DNA from: Octopus sinensis
Taxonomy: Eukaryota
Reading direction: 5' to 3'
Length of the DNA stretch: 64,000 bases
Assembly (NCBI RefSeq): GCF_006345805.1
Contig: NC_043000.1
Coordinates: 8,432,001-8,496,000 of the forward strand
Below, one piece after another: positions 22,899 to 38,428 of this stretch (positions are counted from its first letter, which is position 1; every line of letters begins with the position of its first letter). Below the pieces are notes generated by a model, which was not told the DNA's origin, did not search any database, and saw only the letters and a program-made list of their open reading frames with translations. Position numbers and translations under genes: made by a program.

Positions 22899-25800
22899 GC
22901 ATCACTTTAGTTTAAAGACAAAATTACACAGCGGATTAAATGTTAATTAATTTCATTTATTTAATTACTTATGCCTCAAACTATATATGAATAAAGAGAG
23001 AATTCTTTTTACTTTTTTCAAAGATATAAGTCTAAATATGAAACTTTAAAATTAGCTTAAGGAAATTTTTACAATATCATGCCACAGAGATGAATATCAC
23101 TTAATTTAAGAACATTTAAAACATCTACAATTACTTGTTTTTCAACAAAATGGAATACGTGTATTAAAGACTAAGAAGAATAAAATCAAATGGCATTAAA
23201 ACAAGATTCGTGCTTGGAATTTCTGAACACTGAATCCTATCTATAAAGCATTGAATCTATGTGCTTGTTAATTTGATTACCTAGATTTATTTTCCATTTT
23301 TCGACTCTATAATCGTACAGTTCACTCAATTTCCTGGATCTCAGCCTACTTCTACAAGTTTTCTCTCTGATATAATTCTGAGGATTGTGCTAATCACTAT
23401 GACACTTAGATTTTCTTGCTGTTAATGAATGCATTGACTATTTCTGTGGCATGCTGGGGGTTGCTGTGATGCTGAAAAGTTCACAACTGGTCCAAATGAC
23501 TTTAAATATATGGACAGATAGTCTTTGTCAAGCTCCCCATATAGGCTGTACTGTCCATAATGCTCTCGATCTGATGTGTAGGACCAACATGTTTCCTAGA
23601 CATTCAAACATTACCACCACCATTCTTAGTTGTCAAATTCTTGCACTTTGGGTGAAATTCTTCTCCTGTATGTCATTCATTGACACGTACCTCAGCTGCA
23701 CAAATTTAAATCCAACTGATCTGTTCATAAGATTTTTGACCAGCCCGTTGACATCTAATTCTCATTTTCCTGAATGAACTGAATGTGGGCATATAAGTTT
23801 TCCAGAGAAATGTGTAGATTTTTAAATGCTCATCTACTACAATACCATACTACTTTAGTAAACTTTTGATGACTGAGATGCCAGTCTTAATGCACTATTT
23901 CTGTCAAATGCCACTGAATGTGTTAGCCCATCCTTTTAGTAGTCATACAGCTGTCCTGACCTTGGGCAGTCGGAGTGGCCATCAATGTCATCGAAGATAT
24001 CCACAGCATTACAAGTGACTGAGTGCCACTTTCAGCAGCTACAGCTTAAAATGTTCATTCCAGCCTCTACAGTTGGACAATCTCTGATGACAATCGTTTT
24101 CATTTACCCATCACAACAGATTTTCAGATGATATAAACAAATGACCATTAATAGTTTAGGTGCAATATTGAATATTAAGATTAAAATACTTAACATAATT
24201 AGCTTACACTTAAGACTAAGCTAAGTGATGCCATTGCATATACATATACACAAACATGCACACACACACACAAACAAGTGTAACTATATATATATATATA
24301 TACACACACACTTGCATAGACACACAAACACACACACATTCACACGCACACACACAAACACACATACATGTATAAACATTTATGTGTATATATATATATT
24401 TGTATATCTATACATGCATATATGTAATTTGTCATCCATATAAAATACTGTTGCTTCCGTATGCGTATGTATGAATGATTGTGTGCGTGCATGCAGGCGT
24501 GCGTGCAACATGTGCTTTTTCCACTGCAGATGTATAATTTCTCACTATTTTGTCATTTATGTTTTTTTTTTATTATTTGATCTTAAAGAAAGGGAGATGA
24601 ATTTTAAAATCTTTTTCAAGTTGAATTTTCTTTTGGAGAAATATTTTTATTGGTGCCTGTAATAAAATATTCTGTTATGAATCAGGGGCCGGAAAAAGAG
24701 GGAATTTATCGATAAAGTTCATTTACCCATTGTATCCTGAAACTTAAACCTTCAGCCTTCTAGCTTGCTTTGCTTTGTAGCTTATTCATTTTCACCTTTG
24801 TATTTCATTGGTAGAATTAAATGTTGTCATTGCCATTATTAACATCTTTGGATGTTAATAATTATTAACATCTTTGGATTAGAGATTAGCTCTCCATTGA
24901 ATCAAGCTTGGTTTTGATTCCTAGTTTAGAACCATTTCACCCTTTCTGTAAAAAGCCTCAAATTAACATCATTGCTATAGACATCTTAAAATATATTTTT
25001 CTCCTTTGCCGACACAAATTTAAATGAGTGAGTCTGGGCAGAACAGGATGCTTAATGTAGAAACAAAAAATTATGAATAAGGACCAGATAAAATGCTTAT
25101 TAAAGGGATTAAAGAGGCAGTGGTTATATTGTGTCGGTATATATTTGTTGTGTGAGTTCACAACCAAATTTCTATATCCAGTTACAACTATTTTAGTTGA
25201 CCGATACACAATTTCTTTGGAAGAGTCAACAAAGTTTCAAATGCTACTTCTGTTTTTCAAGTTTCAGACACCTTACCTGTCTCTCACAAAATATATATAT
25301 GAAAGACCCTGACATTGTTAGTGTACATGAGGTCTACTCATACTAGGTATCACAATCTTCTGATCTTAGAAAAACTTCCTTTTGTTGAATAACAATAGGT
25401 TCATTACAGAAAAAAAGACAAATATAAAATCACTGTTTTTTTTTTCTTCAAAATAAGAAATGGTTGTTATCATATTTTGCTTTTTCTCTTTTTAAACCAT
25501 AGAATCAAGGATTTAAAATTGTATATTAGCTCTTTACAAATGTTTTCATCAGAGGGTGGTGAAAAAACAATATCTCTGTGAAATCCTTGGTTATTCTTTA
25601 TCTGTCATCTGAAATGTAAATTAACAGCTCACAGATGCATTCATAAAAGAAAGAAACCATATAACTACCCATTGTGATATTTCTTTGTCTGCAATAAGTT
25701 CCATAACAAAACTCAGAACTTTTCATATGGAAGAGAAATCATACCATTATGCCATTATGTATCAATGGTATTTCATCCTCTTGTAGAACTTCCATAACTC

Positions 25801-27796
25801 ACAAATGTATGCTTGCCAGAGAGAAACTAAAAAACTGTGATAACTTTCATAAATCATATTTGACAAAAGCACCTTGACTACTCATTGAATATGCTGAGGA
25901 GTATGAATGTATTGTGTAAAGTCTGTGGTAAATGTTGTTTGATTACCTTAACTTGACACATTGTTTCATACAGTGGAGAGCTCGTAACTCTGAGAATTGC
26001 AGCAAATCATTCTTATAAAAGAAAAAGAAAAGAAAAAAAGAAAACAACCCTACAAGTGTGTGTTTATGCACTTGATTGACTGTATAAATGTCAAACTTGA
26101 TTGACTGTATAAATGTCAAACTTGATTCTATAAAAAATAATTTCCATATAAAATAAGACATTTTGAAAATGGAACAGTTTTATTAAGAAAGCATTTGAAC
26201 ATGTGATTGTGAGAATATGGGTAATGTAATTCTGTATATATATGGCACAAGTTTATGTACATGAGGCAATACATGTGCAACTGTATGTATAATATATGGA
26301 AGTGCATCTATATGTGTAAATGTTATAATATGTGCATGTAGCAGTATGTGTGTGTGTTTTCATAATATAATGTATACTCTGAAGAGTGTTTGCATTTATG
26401 TGTAAGTTTTTTTTTTTATTGGGTTTTAATGATTTTGCTGCTGCTATTGCCATGTTGTTCTGCTGCTGTTATTGTGTTTTATATCATAAGCCTTATACAT
26501 GTTTTCCCATGCTGGCATTAGCTTTGTATGGATTGTCATGGCCTGTGTCCTCTTGCACACACAGCTATGGAATATATCAGCTGATTTTGGTATTGTATGT
26601 CATATAGTGTAAGGGTGCATTTCATCATGCCACCTGCAATAAAGAGGTGATCCAGTGTAAGGTAGATTAAAGTTCCCTCTATATTGTTAGTGCTTGTTTG
26701 GAGTAACCACCTTTTTTTTTTAAGGCAGGTAGCCTGTGATGTGTGTCCAAGAGGGCAGCCATGTCTGTTTAAGAGAAGTCATGAACTTAGAACTCTGTGA
26801 GCAATATGACTTGTGTCTCTGTTATATGTTCCATTTTGGGGTGTATTTTCTACAGCTGGATATCCTTATCATATGCTGCTCACTGATTTTATAATATGAA
26901 TACAGAGAGTTTTTTTGCTAAATTTGACAATTTATATAAAAGGAATAGAAATCGCAGTATCCCATCCAAAAATAAAAGTATTTTAAAAATCAAAAAGTAT
27001 CAACTAGATTTGGGGGATAATAGTTTATTCAAAGCAGCCACCCTCAGCTTCCACCACCACCACCACCACCATCACCTCAACTCTGGAACTTAGTGCATGC
27101 ATTCCTCATGTATCCCTGGGAAGATCTTCAAACACCTCCTTGATCTTGGCCCCAACTTGGCCTTGGTGTTGCAGGCAGTGATTGGTGTCTTTCTCAACCG
27201 CACCTCGCTCATAATAATACATAGGATTACAACTGGGAGAATTAGGAGGCCAGAAATTAGGGCTGGTGAAGTCACAGAAATTCTCTGACAGCCATTTCTT
27301 ACTCTTTCCAGAAGTATGGCAAAAATCTTGCTGCCACACATATGGCCTTTCAGCAACAACCCTCTCCAGCCAGGATTTGACCACAGTCTCCAGTAACTTC
27401 ACATAATTGTCTGAATTGAAACTAAGGCCCTGTTCAATGATGTGGTGATAAAAATCCCAACATGCAGACATAGTCAGAACATCTGTTGTGTCTCTTCCTG
27501 CTGGCCATGGTTTCATAGTATCTGTGTAGCAGTAGTCCATGTCATGTCTCACTGCCTTTACAATGTTTCCAGGTCATGGAACAACAGTCATATTATTGTC
27601 GTTTTGATGCCCAATGTAAGCCATCATGGTACAAGTAACTCTTTTCTAATATTCAAATAGTTTCCAGTCCTAACTTTTTCTCAACTACAACTTTAATCTT
27701 TATGCTCTCCAATGCCTTTTACTCTTCACCATTACATCAAACTGTTGCTGAAAAAGGAAGGCATCACAAAATCTTCAAACCTAGCCCAAACACCCT

Positions 27797-27855
<59 letters not shown>

Positions 27856-30800
27856 CAGTCATCTTTAACTAATATAGTATAAGATATGTTTTTACATAAG
27901 GCAAAGAGTATCCCTAATTTCTTTTTACTTTGTCAGTGAAACCAATTGCAGCTTATAATATAAAGTAATATAAATATATAAATATGAATATGTATTTTAG
28001 TGGTCACAAATGTAATTCAAATTTGTTTACAAGATGTACTGGCTTCTATATGACTTGTGTGTAAAGTAGCATGGCTATTGCTTCACAGTAAATACATTTA
28101 TCATTCTGTTCAACAAATATCTTGGAAAGTTTTTGGTTTGCTGAATGCATGGAGCTCCTACCAAAGCCTACTGCAACTTAGAGTTATAATTAATAACAAA
28201 AAGGAACAGCTAAAAGTTAATAGCAGTGAAATTTTAAAGCAGTTTGTTAATTACTTTTGTATTAATGTATTGAAGACATTTGCAGTATATATATATATAT
28301 ATATATTTAAAAAACCATTGAATTTTGTATTTCTTTTCCTAATTGGGCAACTAATCAGAATCTTTGTTGATTACTTCAGGACATTGGGGACATGTAAAAT
28401 CTGGCAAGTGACATAACTTTCAGCTAATCCACTTACTTCCAACATAGTTGCAGATATGATCTGCAGGTTCTTAGTTAAGGAAATATTTCCAGATGATGGC
28501 TTATTCGTCTAAATAAAGCTAATTTAATGTGTGTGAGTCACTTTTCAGTCACTGGTCTCATATATCAGTGACGATGGATTTTATCTTAGCATGCAGCTGT
28601 CAATGGTTTCATGCTGCTGATGAGGCTCAAGGAGGCAGAAATTTGCATCATGCATTATCACTACTGCTGTTGGTTCATTTTCACCTGCTACTGATATTTG
28701 ATACAGTACATCTCTAATAGATATTATTTTCTGATGAAGATAACAACTTAATTTGGCTTTTCAAGATGTCTTTGCACAAATTGAGATATATATATATGTG
28801 TATTTGTATATGTATATGTATTTATCTATACGTGTATATCTACATACATAATTTTCTGTGTTTATATCCATCCATCCACCCATCTTTTCTACCTACTATT
28901 CCTGGTAGAGTTGTTTGGGTAGAGTCCTCAATTGCCTCTTCCATAGGGTCTTATCAGAAGCAACATTATCATACTTTCTGGATGGTTCCCAAGCATGACC
29001 AGCTGAGATTATGTATATCATCCAGCCGTCTCATTCTTGGTCTATCCCTATGACTCCTGCCAACAAGCAGGAGTCATAGGGATTCTTGCAATTCTTTCCT
29101 GAAGCATTCTAATCACATTTGTAGTGCCTGAGCTGGGTCCTCTCAATGCAGAGAAATTGTAGCTTGACCTGGAGAGACCCCCTAATCTTCTGATTGCGCA
29201 CCCTGTTGAGTAATATTTCTCCAGAGATCCTTTGGGGGAACCCTATTTTGGCTGCTTTTATTTGTGATCATATTCTTTCAGTGATTGCCGAACGTTGATG
29301 ACCATAGATGAAGATAGGCATTGAAACTAAGCTGAAGATAGCAAGTTAGACCTTTTACCAACCTCCCTCCTCTGAGAATCATATGCTAGAGCTGGTTGCA
29401 GTTTTAGCAGCCAATTCAACCTCCTGCCTTCGATCACTCTTGAATATAGCCCTGAGATACACTTCTCCACTTGTCTCAGTGATGGTCCACTAACATCACT
29501 GGGAATATTTTTTTTTTTGAGAGATTTAATGTTTAAATCTTTGCAACACTAATTTTCATCCCTGCTCTGTAGCACTCAACAACAAACCCATTCAGTACAT
29601 GCTGAGTATCACCTTCTGATGAGCCAAGTAACACTATGTCATCAGCTGACTAATCCTATACCCACATGTCAATCCAGTTCACAAAAATTGTTAAAGAGAC
29701 TGGTGACACTATGCACCCCTGCTGAAGTCCAACTTCCATGTTGAGAGCTTTTGAATCAGTACTAACTATTTACCTGAAAACAAACATCTGGGCATTTGCG
29801 TAACGACTTCACGGCAATCAGAAGTTGTCCATTAATTCCAAACTCCTGTAGAACCCTCCACAGCATGTCCCATAGTCCATTGTCATATGGTTTTTCAAAG
29901 TCTACAAAGGAAGGGCACACCTCTTGGCAATATTCCTATGATTTCTTGAAGACTTGCTTTAGAGCGAATATCTGGTTAGTTGTGCTGCTTCCAGGACAGA
30001 AGTCACATTGTTCTTCAGATAGCATGGGCTGGGCAACTTCCCTACATCCCTTTCCTAGATACCTGATGTACACTTTACGAGTGAGGCTCAGAAAGGAAAT
30101 TCATTTATAATTAGCACACTCTCTCTTTTCACCCTTTTAAAAAATTGGGATTATCACTCCAGTTTGCTGTTGCTTTGCTGTTTACCAGTGATCCAAGTCA
30201 GCTGGCATACATAAGTCAGCCAGAGAATATGTTCTCTATATAAAGTTTTTAACATGAGTCCGAATTTCATCCTCCCCTGTGGCCTTGCCACATTTAAGCA
30301 CTTCTCTCACCTTTATGACTAGTCATTGTTCCGAGATGCACTTTGCATCCACCAGAAGATTTTATCATGACTGGATTTAGATGAGTAAAGTACCTCTTAA
30401 GAATGCTCTTCTCTGTTGAGAGAAGAACCTCAGCCAACTTCTAATGGCAGGTATGGAAGAGGGCTTCTGGTTATGAAGTTGGCAGAGGGTTGACTAGAAT
30501 ACTTTATTGGCCAACCAAGTGTCAGAGTCCAGTTTAACCTCAAAGTTCTCTCCTGACTTAACCTTAGAAATTTTTACTGTCTCTGCTGCAACTTTTTGTG
30601 CTTCAGTGTACTGCATGCACAAAGGGAGAGACTTGATTGCTTGGTTAAACCGGGGGTGGGGTGGGGGTTAAAAAAAAAAAGAAACATATATCAGACAGTG
30701 CTTCACACAAGCTGTATATATGTATATATAAACTTATCTCTCCTAGTAGTGTTTGGAAAGCTATTCACACCATTTGAGCATTTACAATAAGACTCGGGGA

Positions 30801-31054
30801 ACTCCTGAGGTTCTCTGAAGAGAAAATGCTTTGTTTATAAGTGAAGCAAGTCTGATAGTTGCTTTGCTAATTGAATTTACTTGAAACTAAAAATAACAAA
30901 GATAGGCATTGAAACTGGTTTCTGTAATAGTTGAAATATACAAATTTATTTCATTTTTTTATGAGCGCTCTCTGCTTTGACATTAGAACTTGCTTGTTCA
31001 CTAATTGTATATAAGTATATTATAAGTATATACATGTGTTTGTGTATGTTTATA

Positions 31055-31127
<73 letters not shown>

Positions 31128-34100
31128 TGTATGTGTATGTATATATATATGCAAGTGTTATATATGTAAATTAAACAGTTTAATCATCTTTGCATACTTG
31201 TGTTTCATAAATTAGGTTTTCACAAATATAGCATAGGGTGAATACTTCAAATACTTTTATGAATATTTAAATAACTAACGTAATCTATTGTAAATTATAT
31301 TTCTCTGGTACCATTTTCTGAAAACCGCTTTAGTATAAATTATTATTGTACCAGTTTTATAAATACTATATCCCTGGATTTACTTATGTGGCTGAATTTG
31401 TAGTCGAATCTGCAGATAAATAAGATCTTTTTTTTTTCTTCTTTCTCCCTCTCTTCACTTACCTCTTAACCTAACTTAAGGTGTGCTGTTTTTCCAGAAA
31501 AGTTTGACAAGATACGAAGGAAAAGGTAGGCTTATTTCTACCTTTCGTTTGGGTTGAAGATTTGATGCTTTCATATAAAAAATCAGCTGAAGGTTTTTCT
31601 GCTTTTTTGTGTTGATTTCATAAGCTGTTTCTTTACTAAAGTATTTATTCTTGAATTATTTTAGAATATTGTTGGTGTTTATTTAATACAGAATAATATC
31701 CAATATTTTATGTGAAATATAAATGTGATATGGTTGTAACTTATGAGTATTTATTTTCTTGAAATCAGTGTTGCAGTGTACAAGATTGGATATTTACCCA
31801 TAAAATATATATATTTTGCAAACAAGATAATAATTTAAAAACAAACAAGGATAAATACTATTTGAGATGTGTAGTAATTACTTAAAAATAATGCAGCACT
31901 TGTAACAGACTTACAGATACTTTCAGTTTCTTTTAGTTTAAAATTGATAATTATCAGGGAAGGAATGTTTTAAATACAATTAACTTCTTCTGAAGATATG
32001 TCAAATGGTAAGTAACTAATCGATATAATATGGTGAATTAAATCCTTCACAGTTTAACTCTCTGCTTCTACCCATTATGTGTTTATTAATTTATGAGCTG
32101 ATAACACTTTACTCAAGTATTGCTTTGTAAGAAAATGCCTCATTCTGGATGATACTCTAATCTACATGGAAACCGTTATTGTACCATAAACGTATCCCAA
32201 AAATCTACAGGAAAATAAGGCCTTCATTTTCATATATGAAACATAAATCTAGTGATATTTTCTACTCATGAAGTTCTTGCTCAGGTTTCAAATTTATTAC
32301 AACTTATGGATTCAGAAAAACACAGAACTCATTAAAAGAATGCAGTGATATATTTTCTCTACAGCACATTAAATAAACTTCAGTTGCGTTGTATGATATT
32401 TCATAAATTTTATATTGCCTGAAAGAATATGTTATTAAGTTGTTTATTAAATACTGCTACACTATAACAAAAGACTATATTTATTCAATATCTTTAAAAT
32501 TGCATACAGGTGCTGTATCTAAATAAATATTCAGAAGCCAAATATTTTGAGAGATTTTAGGATATTTTGAAAGAGTACAGCATACATGTGATCACAAAAA
32601 CACAAATTTCACAGCTTGCGAAGTAAACACAGCTGTGTCGCTCCGTACACTGCCTCGTGAAAGTTGCTGTTAGCTCTCACTGGGCATGCAACTGTGTGCT
32701 GCCGTCTGTTGGGGCACTACAGAACTAGTCTGAGAACTTTTTGATGCCACTTTGTATATATAATGCTTTGGCTTTTGCCCTGTATCAAAAAAGTTAGAGA
32801 CCCAAGAAAGAAAACAAAAATAAATGATATCAAGTTTATAATGAGTTTTATATTGGAATGGCATGTCTGCTACAGTCTGGTTCCTGTATCATCATGGTCA
32901 TCACCATTAGATTTCCTTATTTCTCTTTGTGTCAAGAATTATTTAAAGGAATTCAATATCTATATTAACATATATTTTTGGATGTAAGCTGAAATATTAA
33001 ATGTATGTTATTTGGGTATGTTATCTATAATATCGTAATCAATCTTATAAAGATCTTTTAGTTTTCATTTTCCCTTTTTAACCTAATAGTTGCTGTATAT
33101 TTGCCTTATTTACTTGAATTCTACACATGTGCCTTTCTTTGTTCTTTATTGTTGGTTGTGATTTAAAATTTGTTGTGCAAGTTTTTAAATTGCAACAATT
33201 TAATCTGTCAGTTGTGCTCTAGGCAGTGACTTTCTAACACCCTTTATGTGATTTCATGAAATCAAAATAATATTTTAATTCTTTTTATGATAATGGTTAA
33301 ATAAATATTTGTCTTGAAATTTATTAATCACATTAATGATAATTTTTGAGAGAAACATACAATGAATGAAAGTAAGATACATAACTGAATAACAAGCTAG
33401 AATCTTTCTGACAAAGTGTGTGTGTGTGTGTGAGTGTGTGTATGTGTGTGAGTGTGTGTGTGTGTGTATAAATAGCCTGGGCAAAGTTCAGAGAGCTACT
33501 TCTGCTGGTAACAAAGGGCCTCTTGCTCAGAGTGAAAAGTAGACTGTATGACACATATGTACGAACAGCCATGCTACATGGCAATGAAACATGGGTTGTG
33601 ACTGCTGAGGATATGCATAAGCTTGCAAGAAATGAAGCTAATATACTCCATGGATGCGTATTGTCAGTGGGCATGCATGCCAAAGTGTAAGCACCCTGAG
33701 AGAAAAGTTGGACATAAGAAGCATCAGATGTGGTTTGCAAGAGAGCTGATTGCACTGGTAGGGTCATGTGTTGCATATGGATGAGGACAGCTGTGTGAAA
33801 AAGTGTCACACCCAACAGTGGAGGGAGCTTCTGGAGGAAGTAGACCCAGGAAGACCTGGGATGAGGTGGTGAAACATGACCTTCAAATGCTAGGCCTCAT
33901 GGAGACAATGACAAGTGACCAAGATCTTTGGGGATATGCTGTGTTTGAGCAAGCCAAGTGAGACTTAGCCATGGCCTATGTCTATGTTGCATAACTGGCC
34001 TATTTAAGAGTACCCGTCAATCAGTGGATGATATACTGTGTTTGAGAAGACCAGTTGAGTCAAGTGAAATCATTGTCATGGCCAATGCCAGTACCACCTG

Positions 34101-37100
34101 ACTGGCACGTGTACTTGTGGCACGTAAAAAGCACTATTCAAGTGTGGTCGATGCCAGTGCTGCCTGACTGGTTCCATGCTGGTGGCACATAAAAAGCACC
34201 ATTCAGGCATAGTTGCTGCCTATCTGGTTCCCATGCTGGTGGCATGTACTAAGCACCCACTATGGTCTCGGAATGATTGGCATCAGGAAGAGCATCCAGC
34301 TGTAGAAACCTTGCCAGATTCAGATTGGAGTCTGGTGCAGCCTCCTGGCTTGCCAGTCCTCAGTCAAACTGTCCAACCCATGCCAACATGGAAAGCAGAC
34401 ATTAAACGATGGTGATGATTTATGTATGTATAAATTTGTGTGTAGCTATATCTTACATACATATCAGAATACATTGTATTTACCAAGTGGTCTTCTGTTT
34501 CTGTGATTTACTCAGAAGTACATGAGTTAGTGTCAAATGAAAATGAAGCAATTTTTTTCTTATTGCCAGTATTCTATTATCATCATTGTTCACCATCCAT
34601 CATTGCACAGATAAAACAGAATTTGTTGAGGCAGATTTTCTATGGATGGTTGCCCTTTTTGCTGCAAACCCACTGGAAAACTAAAAAGAAACATCACTTA
34701 TATGATGGTGATATTTGTTTACAATGATCACATGATATCAAAACAAGGGTACATACACTCACACAAGATAGGCTTCTTTCAGTTTCTGTTTACAAAATCT
34801 ACTCACAAGGCTTTTGTTGGCCTAGGGCTAGAAAAAGACACTTGCCCAAGATGCCATCCAGTGGGACTGAACCTAATACCATATGGTTGGGAAGTAAGCT
34901 TCTTAACCACACAGCCATATCTCTATTATATTATATTCATTGATATTTACTAAATAAATTTTCCCAGTGATAATCCTTCTATGACCATATTTCTAATGAA
35001 ATACTCTGCATATGCATTTCAATTAATTCTGAAAATAACCTTATTAATACGAAACAACAGGATTTATCTATTAATATGATACAATAACCTACTTCAGGGT
35101 TATTAAGCTGGGGTTTGGAATATAACTTCAGAAAAGGTTTTCATATAACATGATAGGTTTTAAGGGAAATTTGAACACTCTGGAAAGCTGGTTGGTATCA
35201 AATGGGTTTTAAGTTGGCTTGATTAACCTTTCTGTTACTATATTTTTGTTGCAATATACTTCTTGTGTTTCAATAAATTTTGAAAATAGCGAAGAATTTG
35301 CAACAGAAGGTTTTAATTCAGACTAGCATTATCGCCCAGCATTGCTCGGGTTTGTTTCGACCCTTTAGAATTGGAATTTTTGAAAGTAAAAATTTGTCAT
35401 TATGTAGCTTGTTATTCTCTTTAAGAGAACATTTTTCTGGTTGAAATACACCGAAAAATGGTGACACAGCAGTCAAAAAATCGTAAAAAATAGGGATTTT
35501 CATAGAAAAAAAGCACCTTTTTGATGTAAATAATTTTTGGTGTTAACATGGTCCGATTTGAATTTTTTCAAAAGAGCAAGCCTTCTTCTATCATACTCTC
35601 AATTTTGGTCAACTTGTGCTGCAGGGTCTTGGAGGAGATAGTGTTAGTTGAAGGCTACCAAACCTGCCATACACAGAGAACTTCAGCTTTATACATATAA
35701 AGATTACTTTAATCCTTTTGTTACAATATTTCTGTTGAGATACTGTGCTTTTATTTCAATCAGTTTTGAAAGTAAAGAATTCAGTAAAATAACTTTTGAA
35801 ATGATTAAAATGGTGTTTGGAACATATTTTTATGAAATTTTGTTTGAAGGTTTTAATTTAGATCACTTTAAATGAGAACGTTTGTATAATAGAGGCTGGT
35901 GTCAAAGAAGTTAAAACAGGAAGTTTGTATCATAGAACTAGATGGAGGTGTTATCAAAAGTGTTGTTATTTATTCTATATTTATCAATGAATGCTGGGCT
36001 ACATTCCTTTGATATATCCATTTATTTTTGCAAGAAGTAAAGGAGGTATATGTAATCATGTATTTTTCAGGTGTTGCCTTATAGAGAAACATTTTTTTTT
36101 TTTAAGTTCATCTGCTCAACTGGTGATTCCTTTATTGGAAAAACTCCACAAAAAATTAAGACCTTAATGATTTTTTCTTTTTCTTTTTCTTTTTTTTATT
36201 AAGAATCAGTTCTATTACAGAGTGAATGTTCTTCTAAATCAGTGGTTCCCAACCTGTGGTTCACAAAGGCAGTATTGGGGGTCCATCAGTATTTTAAACT
36301 GACAGACCTTTCAATATCCCGTGGCCTGTGGGAAAACTTATTTAAATAAAAGGGGTCCTTGGTAGTGAAAAAGTTGGGAACCACTGTACTAAATGTTTTA
36401 TATTAGTATTGTTTCTTTCTCCCTTTGTTTTTTTTTTCTCTATATGTATTTTTTTCTATATTTGTTTTTTTCTCTGTATTTGTTTTTTTTCTCTATATTA
36501 ATACTTATTTGAAAAAGTTTAGTGTATCTATAGTTTATAAGGAATGTAATTTTATTTTTATGGTTGTTCTGTGGTGTTTTCTATTGATATTTAAATTTTT
36601 ATTTATTATTTAATAATAATAATAATAATAATTATTATTATTATTATCATTATTATTATTAGAGTTAATATGATAAACGCTGATTATATCCCAGTGTTAT
36701 ATCCCTAAAGTCTCAACACTGTGAAGAGAAAGTAACATTGGTTTTATTTCAATACACAATTGTCTAAAGACATGTATTGTTCCAATTATCACATTTCTTG
36801 CAGTCTTACTTGGATAAATAATTATACAAACAAAACAAAACAAAAACAACATGAATCTTACTAGATTTTGGAAAACTATTTATCTTATATTCTTGTTCAT
36901 AAAAATAAATGGTTGGTACCAACTTGCTGATTTGTTTTACATATTTGAAGTAAGATTGTTTTTGTTTTTATTGAGATTGTTGTGTCACACTATCTCTTTG
37001 TCATGTATCTTGAATATAACTGTTATTTCTCTTTTAAAGAGATGTTACCCAAATTAGACATGGCATTAGATTCTTCTCTTTGTGTTTTGGTATTTTGATT

Positions 37101-37767
37101 AATAATTGAATACAGGATACTGATTTAACTCTTTGTAATGGGACCTTGTATTAATTATTCATTAAAAAAGTGAAACAGATTTAATCATATAATTTTAGCA
37201 CTAAATTATGTATTTAGTATACATGCATATATGTATATGTATTCAGTATCTTGCAATATTTACAGTTGTGTCTTCTGCCCTTGAGACATTATTAATATTG
37301 TTCTTATTGTTGTTATCAAGGCAAACTGACAAAATTGTTAGCACATCAGACAAAATACTTAGCAATGCTTTATGTTCTGAGTTCAAATTCTGCCAAGGCT
37401 GACTTTGACTTTCATCCTTTCAAGATCGATGAAATAAGTAACTAGTTGAGGTCATTGTAACCTACTAATTCACTTCCCCTAAAATTGCTGGCCTTGTGCC
37501 AAAATTTGAAACCATTATTATTATAATTATTATTATTATCATTATTATTATTATTATTAGGCAGTGAGCTGACAGAATTGTTAGCATGCCAGGCTTTTAG
37601 GTTCTGAGTTCAAATTCCAGCGATGTTAGCTTTACCTTTCATTCTCTCAGGGTTGATAGAATAAGTACCAGTTGATCACTGAGGGTGATGTAATTGACTT
37701 ACTCCCTCCGCCGAAATTGCTGGCTTTGTGCTAAAATTTGAAACCATTATTATTATTATTATTATTA

Positions 37768-37803
<36 letters not shown>

Positions 37804-38382
37804 TATTATTATTATTATTATAGCTGGAGAGCTGGCAGAATTGTTAGCACTCTGGGCGAAATGCTTAACAGTATTTTGTCTGCTGCTGCATTCTGAGTTC
37901 AAATTTCACTGAGGTTGACTCTGCTTTTTAACCTTTCAGGGTTGATTAAATAAGTACCAGTTACGCTCTGGGGTCAATGTAATCAACTTAATCCCTTCCC
38001 CCATATTTGAGGCCTTGTACTCCCACTAGAAAGGATTATTATTATTATTATTATCATTATTATAGACGTCACTCTGTATACATTATTGCGAGGTTGTTGA
38101 GTGAAGATATTGTGTCTACCGGGGGTTTGTCAAGTCACAACAAGGACCTCAGACAGACACTACTTTACGCAATATTAGCATACAGGAGTGCATCGACAGT
38201 GAAAGAAGACCTTATTATTATTATTATTATTATTATTATCATCATTATTATCATTATTATTATTAATATCATTCTTCTTCTTCTTATTATTATTATTATT
38301 ATTTTTATTATTATTATTATTATTATCATTATTATTATTATTATTATTATCATTCTTCTTCTTCTTATTATTATTATTATTA

Positions 38383-38428
<46 letters not shown>

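Noticed and set aside
23300-24100. Possible minus-strand LINE endonuclease remnant
   Set aside because: Composition is suggestive, but I could not read convincing conserved motifs
33333-33815. 160-aa minus-strand ORF
   Set aside because: Antisense shadow of the RTE reverse-transcriptase fragment on the + strand, ending in a CA microsatellite
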